Shown piece by piece: positions 30,339 to 41,700 of a stretch of DNA of 64,000 nt (within the stretch, counting starts at the first letter, position 1; every line of letters starts with the position of its first letter). Both the position numbers and the translations under genes were made by a program. The stretch comes from Microcystaceae cyanobacterium. Lineage in GTDB: Bacteria; Cyanobacteriota; Cyanobacteriia; Cyanobacteriales; Microcystaceae. The notes beneath the pieces are model-generated. The model saw nothing but the letters and a program-made list of their open reading frames with translations. It did not search any database and was not told the origin of the DNA. Where the stretch lies: NCBI GenBank assembly GCA_041746575.1, contig JBGTGT010000028.1, positions 20,523 through 84,522 on the forward strand, written 5' to 3'.

Positions 30339-31430
30339 ATGCGAATTGCACAGATTGCACCCTTATGGGAACCCGTTCCTCCCTCTACCTATGGCGGCAC
30401 TGAATTAGTTGTCAGCTTACTCACCGACGAATTGGTACGCCGAGGCCACGAAGTCACGCTTTTTGCGACAGGAGATTCTCAGACGTTGGCTAAACTAGAG
30501 CCTTGTTGCCCTCAAGCCTTGCGTACATTAACACTCACTCGCGAAGAAGCCGAAATGTATCACACCTTGCAACTCAATAAAGTTTTCCGCAATGCGTCAA
30601 AATTTGATTTGATTCATTCTCACGTCGCTTTAGGGGCATTTGCTTACGCAGATTTAGTTCAAACACCAACCGTTCATACCATTCACGGAATCGTTCTCCC
30701 TCAGATAGAACCCTTATGGCGAGATGCTTGCCAGCAAAATTTTATTAGTATTTCTCATTCCCAAAGACGCAACGATCTCGGATTAAACTATGTCGCTACC
30801 GTTTATAACGGAATTGACCCCTATATTTTCCCTTTTTATGCCCAGCCAGATAATCCTCCCTATCTCGCTTTTTTAGGTCGAATATCACCCGAAAAAGGAC
30901 CTCACTTAGCCATTGAAATTGCGCAACGCACCGGATTACCCTTAAAAATGGCCGGTAAAGTAGACGCAGAAGATATCGTGTTTTTTGAGGAACAAATTAA
31001 ACCCAAAATTGACGGAGAACACATTAAATTTTTAGGAGAAGCAAACCATCAACAAAAATGTCGCTTATTGGGGGGTGCCGTCGCCACATTATTTCCGATT
31101 ACTTGGCCAGAACCCTTTGGTTTAGTCATGGCAGAATCAATGGTAGTAGGAACCCCTGTCATCGCTATGGCTAAAGGATCGACGCCAGAAGTGATTGAAG
31201 ATAAGAAAACAGGGTTTTTGTGCCACGATGTCGCTGAATGTGTTGCTGCCTTAACCCGAATCGAAGAAATTGACCGTCGCGTTTGTCGAGAACATATTAT
31301 TAATAACTTCAGCGTCACTAAAATGGTAGATAAATATGAAGGGGTGTATCAAAAACTCGTCGCAGAACCGTTTGTCAATAACCTTTCCTTGCCCAAAGTT
31401 AGGCTCAATTTAAAAGGCAAGACGGCTTAA
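30339..31430 (+). CDS. GT4 family glycosyltransferase
   Basis: MRIAQIAP..VPP..YGGTE, FLGRISPEKG and EPFGLVMAE motifs. Confidence 0.92.
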   Translation: MRIAQIAPLWEPVPPSTYGGTELVVSLLTDELVRRGHEVTLFATGDSQTLAKLEPCCPQALRTLTLTREEAEMYHTLQLNKVFRNASKFDLIHSHVALGAFAYADLVQTPTVHTIHGIVLPQIEPLWRDACQQNFISISHSQRRNDLGLNYVATVYNGIDPYIFPFYAQPDNPPYLAFLGRISPEKGPHLAIEIAQRTGLPLKMAGKVDAEDIVFFEEQIKPKIDGEHIKFLGEANHQQKCRLLGGAVATLFPITWPEPFGLVMAESMVVGTPVIAMAKGSTPEVIEDKKTGFLCHDVAECVAALTRIEEIDRRVCREHIINNFSVTKMVDKYEGVYQKLVAEPFVNNLSLPKVRLNLKGKTA

Positions 31431-31582
31431 AATCGAGTAATGGGTTTAACGATGGACAAAGTAAGTCACTAAGCTATTGTTTATTGACAACGTTTATTTG
31501 ATTTTAGTAGCAACAATCAACGATTAAACCCTTTTTTCGACTTCCTTAGCCATTTAGAGAATGAATAGCTTATTAACCGATT

Positions 31583-33820
31583 ATGATAGAATCTCATCAA
31601 ACTGACCGAAAAAAGTTTATTTATGCAGAAACCGCCCCCATGCCTCTCTGGCCGTCTGCTAAGACTGAGCCAAGAATTCCAACACTTACGCTGAAAAATG
31701 ACGCTCTTTTTTTAATTACTGATACCTTAGGCAATATTCCGGGTTATTTGCCCGAAGAACCTGGCAACAGCTTAGGTTTATTTTGTCAAGATACCCGATT
31801 TTTAAATCGTTTAGAATTACAAATTGAAGGTCAACTGCCGATTCTTCTAAGCAGTAATGCCCGTCGGGGATTTGCACTGTCTGCCTTGTGTACCAACCCC
31901 TATCTAGAAAAATCAGGAATCGAAGCAGAAAATATTGGGATTCAGCGAGAAATGGTCATTAACGGAGGGCTGTTTGAAGAATTAACTCTGACAAACTACT
32001 TAACCCATTCCGTCAGCTTTGAACTGAGTCTTAGTTTTGATGGGGACTTCGCTGATATATTTGAAGTTCGAGGTCGAGACCGCAAAGAACGGGGTAAAAT
32101 GTTGCGATTGGCCACCGAAAACAGCGAAACTCAGGAACTTACGTTTTTAGAAGCCTCAGAAAAAATAACCATTGCCTATCAAGGGTTAGATGGGGTAGTC
32201 ATAGAATCATGGATTCAATTTCTAGATCATCAGCCCGACTTCTGTCAAGGTCATACGGCCATTTGGCAATTAGAATTGGCCTCCCATCAAACCGTCCGCT
32301 TAGGGTATCGGGTGGAACTGTTAGTGAATCACCGTCCCCTTTCTCAAGTAGGTACGCCGACGACTTTCGTTCAAGCTAAAGCGGCTGAGTCTATGGAGCT
32401 AGAACAGTGGCAACAACAAATCACGACCATTCGTTCGGATAGTAAAACCTTCAATCATCTCATTGAACGCGCAGAACAAGATATTTATTTACTACAACAA
32501 AGTTTTAAGGACAAAAAAGCGTTATCAGCCGGAATTCCGTGGTTCTCGACTTTGTTTGGTAGAGATTCAATCATTGCGGCTTGGCAAACCTTAATCCTCG
32601 ACCCTCAAATTGCCAAAGATACGTTGACCATTTTGGCTCAGTATCAAGGTAAAACCCACGACGATTGGCGCGAAGAAGCCCCCGGCAAGATTCTTCACGA
32701 ACTCCGTCAAGGGGAAATGGCTCGTTGCGGTGAAATCCCTCATACGCCTTATTATGGGACAGTAGACGCGACACCTTTATGGCTAATTCTTTATGCGGAA
32801 TACTATGCTTGGACAGGCGATCGCCATACCCTAGACACATTATGGGAGGCGGCTTTAGCGGCGATGAATTGGATTGACGAGCATTGCCAAGCAAGCGGTT
32901 ATTTAAGTTATGAGCGAATTTCCCCCGGCGGTTTAGTTAATCAAGGGTGGAAGGATTCGGGCAACTGTATTGTTAACCGTGAAGGACAATTGGCGACAGG
33001 TGCAATTGCTTTGTGTGAAGTTCAAGGTTACGTTTATGGGGCTAAGATGCGTCTGAGTGTGATCGCCAAGATAAAGCAGAAGGTCGACTTAGCTGAACGG
33101 TGGTATCGAGAAGCTCAGCAACTCAAAATCCGCTTTAATCAAGATTTTTGGTTACCTGATCTAGATTATTGTGCTTTGGCTTTAGATGGAGACGGAAATT
33201 CGGTTGATAGTATTACCTCTAACCCCGGTCATTGTTTGGCGATGGGTATTTTGCAACCGGAAAAAGCGACCAATGTGGCTGAGAGACTGCGTGCGCCGGA
33301 TTTATTTAGCGGTTGGGGAATTCGGACGCTCAGCAACTTATCTCCTGCTTATAATCCGATGGGCTACCATATTGGTTCGGTGTGGCCTCATGATAACAGT
33401 ATTATTGCGCTAGGATTGCGCGCGATCGGTCAAATCGAGCAAACCCTTAAAGTGACGACGGGCATTTTTGAAATGACTCAACAACAGGCATATCAACGTC
33501 CGCCAGAATTATTTTGCGGGAACGAACGAACGCTTGAAAATAACCCTGTACGCTACCCTGTTGCTTGTTCTCCTCAAGCTTGGGCAACCGGTGCTTTATT
33601 TCAATTTTTACAGGCTGCCCTTAATATTGTTCCTGATGCACCTAACAACTATGTGCGGATTATTCATCCTGTGCTACCCTCATTATTTTCTTCGCTTTCG
33701 CTATCTAATCTCCGAGTGGGTTCAACAATGTTAGATTTAGAATTCGAGTGTTCTCAAGGAACGACGGCTTGTCGAGTAGCCCAAAAACGGGGGAATCTTA
33801 AAGTCATTTTTGAAATTTGA
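31583..33820 (+). CDS. Amylo-alpha-1,6-glucosidase / glycogen debranching enzyme-like glycoside hydrolase
   Basis: DTRFL N-terminal domain, AGIPWFSTLFGRDS, YYGTVDATPL, NQGWKDS, YHIGSVWPHD and ACSPQAW. Confidence 0.9.
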   Translation: MIESHQTDRKKFIYAETAPMPLWPSAKTEPRIPTLTLKNDALFLITDTLGNIPGYLPEEPGNSLGLFCQDTRFLNRLELQIEGQLPILLSSNARRGFALSALCTNPYLEKSGIEAENIGIQREMVINGGLFEELTLTNYLTHSVSFELSLSFDGDFADIFEVRGRDRKERGKMLRLATENSETQELTFLEASEKITIAYQGLDGVVIESWIQFLDHQPDFCQGHTAIWQLELASHQTVRLGYRVELLVNHRPLSQVGTPTTFVQAKAAESMELEQWQQQITTIRSDSKTFNHLIERAEQDIYLLQQSFKDKKALSAGIPWFSTLFGRDSIIAAWQTLILDPQIAKDTLTILAQYQGKTHDDWREEAPGKILHELRQGEMARCGEIPHTPYYGTVDATPLWLILYAEYYAWTGDRHTLDTLWEAALAAMNWIDEHCQASGYLSYERISPGGLVNQGWKDSGNCIVNREGQLATGAIALCEVQGYVYGAKMRLSVIAKIKQKVDLAERWYREAQQLKIRFNQDFWLPDLDYCALALDGDGNSVDSITSNPGHCLAMGILQPEKATNVAERLRAPDLFSGWGIRTLSNLSPAYNPMGYHIGSVWPHDNSIIALGLRAIGQIEQTLKVTTGIFEMTQQQAYQRPPELFCGNERTLENNPVRYPVACSPQAWATGALFQFLQAALNIVPDAPNNYVRIIHPVLPSLFSSLSLSNLRVGSTMLDLEFECSQGTTACRVAQKRGNLKVIFEI

Positions 33821-34021
33821 GTACTTTAGACCGCTTGCACGATTGAAATTGTATTTAGCAATGCCGTCCATTTTTCTCTTGAGCATTAACCAAGGAGAAT
33901 TTCTCCTCTACAATCCCCTAATTGCCCGATGAAATCCCCTATTTTGTCACTCTAGGCAGAGAAGCATCGCAGAAAGTCATCTCAACAATAATATAGACCC
34001 AATAGGGTAAACTTTTTCCCC

Positions 34022-34963
34022 ATGACGACCTCTTTTCCCTCCGACATTCCCTTAATTCCGACTGCTCCAGAAGGTTATAAATCTGGGTTTATTGGCATTA
34101 TCGGCCGTCCTAACGTGGGAAAATCTACCTTAATGAATCAATTAGTCGGGCAGAAAATTGCCATCACCTCCCCTGTTGCTCAAACAACCCGTAATCGCTT
34201 GCGAGGGATTCTCACAACTCCCCAAGCACAAATGATTTTCGTAGATACCCCCGGTATTCATAAGCCCCATCATGAACTGGGTAAAATTCTCGTACAAAAT
34301 GCTCAAAATGCCATTAATTCCGTTGATTTGATCTTATTGGTTGTAGATGGTTCCGTAGAAGCAGGGGGAGGCGATCGCTATATTTGCCAACTCTTAGAAA
34401 AAAGCCGCATTCCCGTTATCTTTGGACTCAATAAGCAAGATAAACAATCAGGAGCGGAAAATCTCCTCGATGGGAGTTATCTAAGCTTAATTGAAGCCTA
34501 TACTTGGCCAGTGGTCAAATTTTCCGCCCTTACTGGACTGGGTTTAGAAAAACTACAAGACCGCTTAATTCAATCCCTCGACATTGGCCCCTATTATTAT
34601 CCCCCCGATTTAGTCACCGATCAGCCCGAACGCTTTATCATGGGAGAGTTAATCCGCGAACAAATTCTTAGACTCACTCGTCAAGAAGTTCCCCATTCCG
34701 TGGCAGTTGTCATTGAAAAAGTGGAAGAAACTCCCAAAATTACCCGTATTTTTGCGGCAATTAACGTCGAAAGAGACTCCCAAAAAGCTATTATAATTGG
34801 TAAACAAGGCACGATGCTGAAAACAGTTGGCACCGCCGCCCGTCAACAAATTCAGAAATTAATCATGGGGGATGTTTATCTCAAGCTATTTGTCAAAGTT
34901 GAACCCAAGTGGCGACAATCTCCCTTGCATCTTGCCGAATTTGGCTATCGCGTCGACAAATAA
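34022..34963 (+). CDS. era: GTPase Era
   Basis: GRPNVGKST, QTTR, DTPG, NKQD and KH domain IIGKQG. Confidence 0.97.
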   Translation: MTTSFPSDIPLIPTAPEGYKSGFIGIIGRPNVGKSTLMNQLVGQKIAITSPVAQTTRNRLRGILTTPQAQMIFVDTPGIHKPHHELGKILVQNAQNAINSVDLILLVVDGSVEAGGGDRYICQLLEKSRIPVIFGLNKQDKQSGAENLLDGSYLSLIEAYTWPVVKFSALTGLGLEKLQDRLIQSLDIGPYYYPPDLVTDQPERFIMGELIREQILRLTRQEVPHSVAVVIEKVEETPKITRIFAAINVERDSQKAIIIGKQGTMLKTVGTAARQQIQKLIMGDVYLKLFVKVEPKWRQSPLHLAEFGYRVDK

Positions 34964-35121
34964 GAATCCTTTTCAGCCTGCCTTCTGCAACAATCTCTTC
35001 GCGTCATGCAATTTTGGGCAAGGGGTTTGGGTACACTGACTTTTAAGAGACTTAAATTCTTACTCCCTTTTGTCTCACATTAGGGAAGCGCAGTCGTCAA
35101 CAACCTTGGCAGGACGGAAAC

Positions 35122-38100
35122 ATGAGCAGTTATGATTCAAAACCGCAATTTCCCTCAGATTCTTCAGATAATAATGATTTAGATGATATTGCTCTGTTAT
35201 TTGAAGAGTTTGAAGAACAACCCCAGTTCCCTCGCCAAGAGAACCTACAACATCGGACAAAAGCCGCGATCACCGACTCGATGAATGCCGATACATTTAA
35301 CAAAGCTCTAGATAATTTATTTGACGACGAAGATGTCCCTTCCCCACCGTTGAATACAGCAAAATCGCCTTCTTTAAATGAACGGATCACTTTTTCGTCT
35401 CTCCCATCTGACGAAGAAATTAATGACTTATTTGAGGATTTCGATTTAAGTTCCGATGCCAAAGCCTCTTTTCCCCTTGATTCTCCTGCCCATCGTTCTA
35501 AGACAGAAGACGACAAACTATTGCGCTTATTTGTAAAAGATCAAGAAACGGAATCAGAAGATTCCTTTGATGAACTTAAAGCCCTGTTGGGAAACCAACA
35601 ATCCCCTCAACTATCTGTCCCCCCTGCGTTTCCTGGATTCAAAGAAGCTGATCTTATTGTCCTTAATGAAGGAATGCCCATCCTATATCCTGCCTTAGAA
35701 GATTTAGAAGAGATTTTAAAACAACCCATCGGCACTCATCGTCTTAATAGTCCTAATTTTGCGGAATTAGAAGCGTTAATTAACACCCCTGCCCAATTCC
35801 AATTACCGGCCGCCATGCCTAATTCCCTTTCCGTGGCTCCTCAAAATCGAGACTGGGATGATATGGAAGAATTGGCCATCGAAATGGGGCATAAAATTAG
35901 CCCACCCCCTTCAGCCACCCGTTCTGCTCATCGAGAAGGGGTCTTGCGCAGTACGCCTAAGTCTCGTCCAGCGAAAGTAAAAGGATTTGAAGAAACGGTA
36001 CGGGTATCCGTTAAACAGTTAGATAACTTAAGTAATCTGATTGGGGAGCTAGTAGTTAAACGGAACCGTCTCGAACAAGATCAAGAGCGATTACGGCAGT
36101 TTTTAGATAATTTACTCAATCATGTCCAAAGCTTAAGCGATGTCGGTGGTCGGATGCAGGATCTCTATGAAAGAACCTTATTAGAAGGAGCATTACTGGC
36201 CAGTCGCAATCGCTTACGGGGAAGCGGGAATAGCCCAGAAATGACCGTTACCCAAGCGGAGACAGATGGCGCGATGGATCAAGATCTTGATGCCCTTGAA
36301 ATGGATCGTTTTACGGGATTCCACCTACTATCCCAAGAAATGATTGAATTAATTGTCAGGGTGCGAGAAGCCTCCTCGGACATTCAATTTCTCGTCGATG
36401 AAACCGATCAAGTGGGTCGTGGCTTACGGCAAAATACCACCCAACTGCAAGAAGGCATGACCACTACCCGCATGGTCACCTTTGGTCCCAGTGCTGATCG
36501 CCTGATCCGTCCCGTTAGAGAAATTTCTCGTCAACTAAAGAAACAAGCCCGCTTAAACGTGGAAGGGAAAGACGTTCTCATCGATAAGATGATTTTAGAA
36601 CATTTATCCAGTCCCTTAACCCATTTAGTCAATAACGCTGTTACTCATGGCATCGAATCCCCTGAAGAACGCCAACAACAAGGCAAACCCCCTGAAGGAC
36701 AGATTAATATTCGAGCCTTTTTACAAGGTAATCAGACAGTGCTTACCTTTGCCGATGATGGGGGGGGGATTGATCCCCTTCGTATTAAGCAAAAAGCTAT
36801 TGAAAAACATCTCGTAACCCCAGAAGAAGCCTTAGCCCTCAGTGAAAATGAAATCTACGATTTTCTCTTCCATCCAGGCTTTAGTACCAAAGATCAAGCC
36901 GATCAGTTTGCCGGTCGAGGGGTGGGTTTAGACGTGGTTCGTACTAGCTTAAATGAAATTCGCGGTAGCGTAACCATTCATTCAGAAATTGGCAAAGGCA
37001 CAACCTTTACCATTCGTTTGCCTCTGACCCTCAGCATTTGTAAGGCGTTATGTTGCCTGAGTAATTATGCGCGGGTTGCCTTCCCCATGGACGGGGTCGA
37101 AGATATGAAAGACTATACTATCTACGACCTTCCCCTCAACGATCAAGAAAAACGGTGTATCCGTTGGGGACAAAGCCTCTTACCCATTTATTCCCTCAAC
37201 GAACTGTTGGTTTATAACCGTCAACTGAGTCGAGGGAGTGTGTATGGAGGACGCTCCTTAGATGATACGATTTCCATCGTCATTTTACGGGGGGCGGGCG
37301 ATTTTCTTGCCGTTCAAGTGGATCAAGTGATTGGGGAACAGGAAATTGTCATTAAGCAGATTGAAGGGCCGGCTCCCAAACCTCCCGGCATCGCAGGGGC
37401 AACGGTGTTAGGAGATGGCAGCATCATGCCCATTGGCGATGTCTTAGAATTGATTGAAATTGCCCAAGGCCGGATTCGCACTGATGTAGGCGCAGGTCTT
37501 TGGCGATCGCCTTCTCTGCCCCCGAAAGCCGAACTTCCAGCCCAAAGTGAACCCACCATTCTTATTGTGGATGATTCCCTCACCGTTCGTCAGTACCTCT
37601 CCCATAGTTTCAGTAAGGCCGGTTATCGGGTTGAACAAGCGAGAGATGGTCAGGAAGCGTGGGAAAAACTACGTTCTGGCTTGCCCTGTGACATCGTTTT
37701 CTGTGATATCGAAATGCCGCGAATGAATGGCTTAGAATTGCTGTCCAGTTTGCAAAAAGATGAGCAGTTATCGGCAATTCCCGTTGCGTTATTAACCTCA
37801 AGGGGGGCAGATCGCCATCGCAAGGTCGCCGCTAAACTAGGTGCTAGTGGCTATTATATAAAACCTGCCCCCGATGCAGAGTTACTGGAAGGGGCAAAAC
37901 GCATGATTGATGGAGAAGTCCTGTTACCGGGCAGTGTGCGTAAACCACAAGTCAAATTCTCAGAAAACGCGCCAGCGTCGTCGATGAGCCATTCAGTCTC
38001 CGAGCGTCAAACCGTTAGTGGGCCGCCTGTGGTGCTAATTGTCGATGATTCGGTTATGGTGAGAGAAATGCTATCTCAGTCCTTCTCTGGGGCAGGTTAT

Positions 38101-38427
38101 CGCTATGAACAAGCTCGTGACGGTCAAGATGCCCTCGAAAAGTTACGGTCGGGGTTACGCTGTGATCTCATTCTCTGCGATATTGAAATGCCTAAAATGA
38201 ATGGCTTGGAGTTACTTTCTCGTCTGCAAGACGATGAATACCTCTGCCAGATTCCTGTTGCGATGATTACCTCACGGGGAGCGCAAAAAATGCAGCAAAA
38301 AGCGGCGGAAAGGGGAGCAAAAGGCTATTTTGTTAAACCTTATATCGAAAATGTCTTATTGGATGCCGCTAAACGTTTAATTGCGGGTGAAGTCTTACTA
38401 GATACTAATCGTTTCTCTGAAGTGTGA
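35122..38427 (+). CDS. CheA-like hybrid kinase C-terminal part (PilL-C-like): dimerisation, HATPase, CheW and two receiver domains, no Hpt
   Basis: TVRVSVKQLDNLSNLIGELV, HLVNNAVTHGIE, GFSTK, GRGVGLDVV, CheW GIAGATVLGDG, and two REC domains (IVDDS...DIEMP). Confidence 0.9.
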   Translation: MSSYDSKPQFPSDSSDNNDLDDIALLFEEFEEQPQFPRQENLQHRTKAAITDSMNADTFNKALDNLFDDEDVPSPPLNTAKSPSLNERITFSSLPSDEEINDLFEDFDLSSDAKASFPLDSPAHRSKTEDDKLLRLFVKDQETESEDSFDELKALLGNQQSPQLSVPPAFPGFKEADLIVLNEGMPILYPALEDLEEILKQPIGTHRLNSPNFAELEALINTPAQFQLPAAMPNSLSVAPQNRDWDDMEELAIEMGHKISPPPSATRSAHREGVLRSTPKSRPAKVKGFEETVRVSVKQLDNLSNLIGELVVKRNRLEQDQERLRQFLDNLLNHVQSLSDVGGRMQDLYERTLLEGALLASRNRLRGSGNSPEMTVTQAETDGAMDQDLDALEMDRFTGFHLLSQEMIELIVRVREASSDIQFLVDETDQVGRGLRQNTTQLQEGMTTTRMVTFGPSADRLIRPVREISRQLKKQARLNVEGKDVLIDKMILEHLSSPLTHLVNNAVTHGIESPEERQQQGKPPEGQINIRAFLQGNQTVLTFADDGGGIDPLRIKQKAIEKHLVTPEEALALSENEIYDFLFHPGFSTKDQADQFAGRGVGLDVVRTSLNEIRGSVTIHSEIGKGTTFTIRLPLTLSICKALCCLSNYARVAFPMDGVEDMKDYTIYDLPLNDQEKRCIRWGQSLLPIYSLNELLVYNRQLSRGSVYGGRSLDDTISIVILRGAGDFLAVQVDQVIGEQEIVIKQIEGPAPKPPGIAGATVLGDGSIMPIGDVLELIEIAQGRIRTDVGAGLWRSPSLPPKAELPAQSEPTILIVDDSLTVRQYLSHSFSKAGYRVEQARDGQEAWEKLRSGLPCDIVFCDIEMPRMNGLELLSSLQKDEQLSAIPVALLTSRGADRHRKVAAKLGASGYYIKPAPDAELLEGAKRMIDGEVLLPGSVRKPQVKFSENAPASSMSHSVSERQTVSGPPVVLIVDDSVMVREMLSQSFSGAGYRYEQARDGQDALEKLRSGLRCDLILCDIEMPKMNGLELLSRLQDDEYLCQIPVAMITSRGAQKMQQKAAERGAKGYFVKPYIENVLLDAAKRLIAGEVLLDTNRFSEV

Positions 38428-38545
38428 CATCACAAATAAGGACGGGGTTAACTCAGAATTCATTCAAAACTCGCTGGATCAAGCATTAAGGTCATCAGAG
38501 AGAAACATCAGTAAAATAAAGGAAAGACTTATGTCCTTGTCTACC

Positions 38546-38654
38546 CTAATCTCTCTGAAAAAAGAGGCGAGCAGTCGTTAGTGAATTGTAAGCGGTGGGT
38601 AGGTGGGTACCCATAAAACTAATCTCTCTGAAAAAAGAGGCGAGCAGTCGTTAG
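38546..38654 (+). repeat. Two exact 36-bp direct repeats separated by a 37-bp spacer
   Basis: CTAATCTCTCTGAAAAAAGAGGCGAGCAGTCGTTAG at 38546-38581 and 38619-38654. Confidence 0.9.
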
Positions 38655-38712
38655 GGGTCACGCTAGGGAAATTAGGGACTAAAAGGTTAAAAGGTTGGAT
38701 TAAAGGAAACGC

Positions 38713-41700
38713 ATGGAAAAGATATCTAACGCTGAAAAATTTGCGTCTCAAATAACTCCAGCCATCAACTGGCGTGATATTGGTCGTATCATGCTCCAAA
38801 AGACGCTTCCCCTCAATCCGTTAACGACTCAGCCAGATGACATTAAACAAGAAGATCCCCCCTTTCTAATGGCGTTAACCCCTGCCCCTAAATCAGAGGA
38901 ACGCTGGCAACCGTCGGATTTTTTTGCTCACATCAGTCAGGAAGAAAATGGAAAGCCTCCCCAAAGAATCGCCATTATTGGAGAATCTGGTACGGGAAAA
39001 ACACTTATTTTAAGTCATTTTGCTCAGTGGTTACTGGAAGTAACCGATAATATTCCAGTTTGGATTTGCCCTTCTTATATCGAAGGTTTGTCTCTCGAAC
39101 AGTATTTATTTGAAAAATGGTTATCGCAAGCTGAAAACTACACAGATGTCCTCAAAAATCCCTTGTTTGAAGGGTTAAAAACCCTAATTGAGAGGGGCAA
39201 ATTATGGATTTTGTTAGATGGGTGGGATTTTTTACGCAAAGCGAAAGGAGCAACCCCCTCTCTATCTTCGATTGCTACGACGTTGCAACAGCTTCAAGGC
39301 TGGGGTCAATCCGTATCGGTTATGGTGACGTGTCGCACTTCAACGTGGCAAAGAAGGGAAAGCCAACAAGCTTATGGAGGAATTAAAGGATTTGATCGTT
39401 ATTTTAGCCGTCATTTCACTTACCCGACTGAAGTCAACTTTTTTATTGAGCAGTGGTTTCCTCCTGTCTCCTCAAAAGGCAATCATGAATGGGGAGCGCA
39501 ATTAAGCCTTGCCTTGGCTCAGGCAGGACAAGAACCGCTACAGGCGTCCATTACCCATCCTCTTCGTTTAGCCCTTTTATGTCGCTTGTGGCAACAACAT
39601 CCGGGCTATTTGCCGGATACAGTCACCCAACTATATGGCCTACTCATTCACGAGTTTTATGAATGGAAAGCTGAAATTACGCGAATTTCTCCGCAAAAAC
39701 AAGATAAGTTACATCCTCTACTGGCGCAGTTAGCCCTTTTTGCCCTTGAGCAACCAGATGGGATCTTGCGGGTTGACGCTAAACCTTTTAAGGTCTGTGG
39801 CAAGGATATAGAGAAGCCTTTATTAACGCTTGATGATCAAAGTTTAAGCCAAATACAAGATGCTAGAACGGTGGGATGGCTCGTTAGGGTCGAAAGCACC
39901 TCGGAAACGGATAATCGTTGGGAAATATATGAATGGAATGAGGATTGTTTTGCGGCCTATTTTGCCGCTCAAGGGATTTCGTCCGCTTCATTCTTTGTAG
40001 ATGGGACTTATCCTCGCTTTTTTGCAAAAAAATGGCAAAAAGTTCTTTTTTTCTGGCTAGGACGAAGTGATATTTCCCCTGAATCTAAAGAATCTCTGAT
40101 CGAGCGGTTGGTAAACTTTCAAGATCAATGCGGTTTGCTCAATGTGTTTGGTCAACAAGCTTTTTTACTAGCGGTTAAAAGTTTAGCTTATTTTAATAAA
40201 TATACGAAGAGTAAGCCGATTATTGATAAAGCGATTGACTGGGCATTTAATCCCGATGAAAAGCTTGATTTTCGTTCAGAATATGCAAAGGATGCTCTTT
40301 TTGAGAGCGATCGCCCCCTTGTTATTGCCCGCTTGATGGATTATCTTCTCCGTTATCCCACTCATTATGCTGGTTTTGCTTATTTAGAAAAAATAGCCAT
40401 TCATAATGCCGATGCCATTCAATTTTTGACAGAACAATTAAAAAAAACCCTAGAACAGACCTTGCGTTGGCAAATCGCTGAAACCCTCGGCAAAATTGCT
40501 CCCAATAACGTGGCCGCATTAACCCCCTTCGTTACTCTCTTAAATGCTGATCATTCGGAGGACTCTAAGCAGGTTGCCCTAAATAGCTTAGCAAAAATTG
40601 GTAAAAATGCGCCTTTGGCTCTTAATAGCATGATTCCATTGCTTCATTCCCCCAGCTTATCTTCTTTGCATCGCCGCGTCTTTCAATGCTTGGAAATTAT
40701 TGGCCAAGGACACCCCACAGCGATCGCCGCTTTAATTCAGTTAATTCGCACTCAAACCGACCCCAGTTTACAACGACAAGCCGCCGAAAGTCTGGAAAAA
40801 ATTGATCCGAGTAATCCCACCGCTTTGGCTGTTTTAAGCCAGTTGTTGAGTAAAGAATACCCAGAAGACATTCGTCGTCAAGCGGTTTATAGTCTTGGGG
40901 AAATCGAACTCGGCAATAGCAGTGCCATTCATGCCTTGGTTAAGCTACTAGAAGAAAGTAATGATCTGTTAACGCAGTGGGTTGCTATCAGTAGCATTGG
41001 CAAAATTGGTCGGGATCATCGAGAAGCTATTCAAATTCTACTTAAATTTGTGCAATCTGAGCAAGATCATTTACTGCGTAAAGAAGCCATTGAAAGTTTA
41101 AGTAAAATTGATCCCCAAAATCCAGCGATTATTTCTGCCCTAGTCAATTTGATAAAAACAACGGAAGATGAAGCCATTCGACGGGAAGCGGCGGAAAGTT
41201 TAGGAAAACTAGATCCGGGGAATCCAGCGGCGATCGCGGCGTTGGGGTATTTATTGCAGTCGGCGGTGGATGAATTTACCCGTCGTCAAGCGGCTACGAG
41301 TCTGGTACGCATTGATCCGGGTAATTTGGAAGCGTTAACCGCTTTGGTACAATTGATTAAAACCAGTCAAAATACGGACATTCAAGGGTTGGCGGCAGAA
41401 AGTTTAGGGGAATTGGGAGCGAATAACCCGGCGGTGATTGCTACCTTAATCCGTCTCCTCCAATCAAACCCAGACAAACACACCTTCCGACGCACCGCCA
41501 AAAGTCTCGGCAAAATCGGTAAAGGCAATCGGGAAGTGATCAGTACCTTGATGGATTTACTAAAAACGAAGAAGTCTAAAACAGAGAATCAAGGCAATCG
41601 CTTGCAATTAGCGAATAGTCTGATTCATATTCTTATTCCTGCTCAAATTCCCGCTATCGTAACGACACTACAAGCTTTTTTTGCTGATGCTAGTTATTTA

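Noticed and set aside
38423..38434. TGTGACATCACA as a CRP site
   Set aside because: Spacer is 2 nt instead of 6, and the site overlaps a stop codon.
38546..38654. Calling the repeat pair a bona fide CRISPR array
   Set aside because: Only two repeats, no degenerate third copy one period away on either side, no typical terminal GAAAC/G, and no cas genes. Kept as a repeat and a finding.
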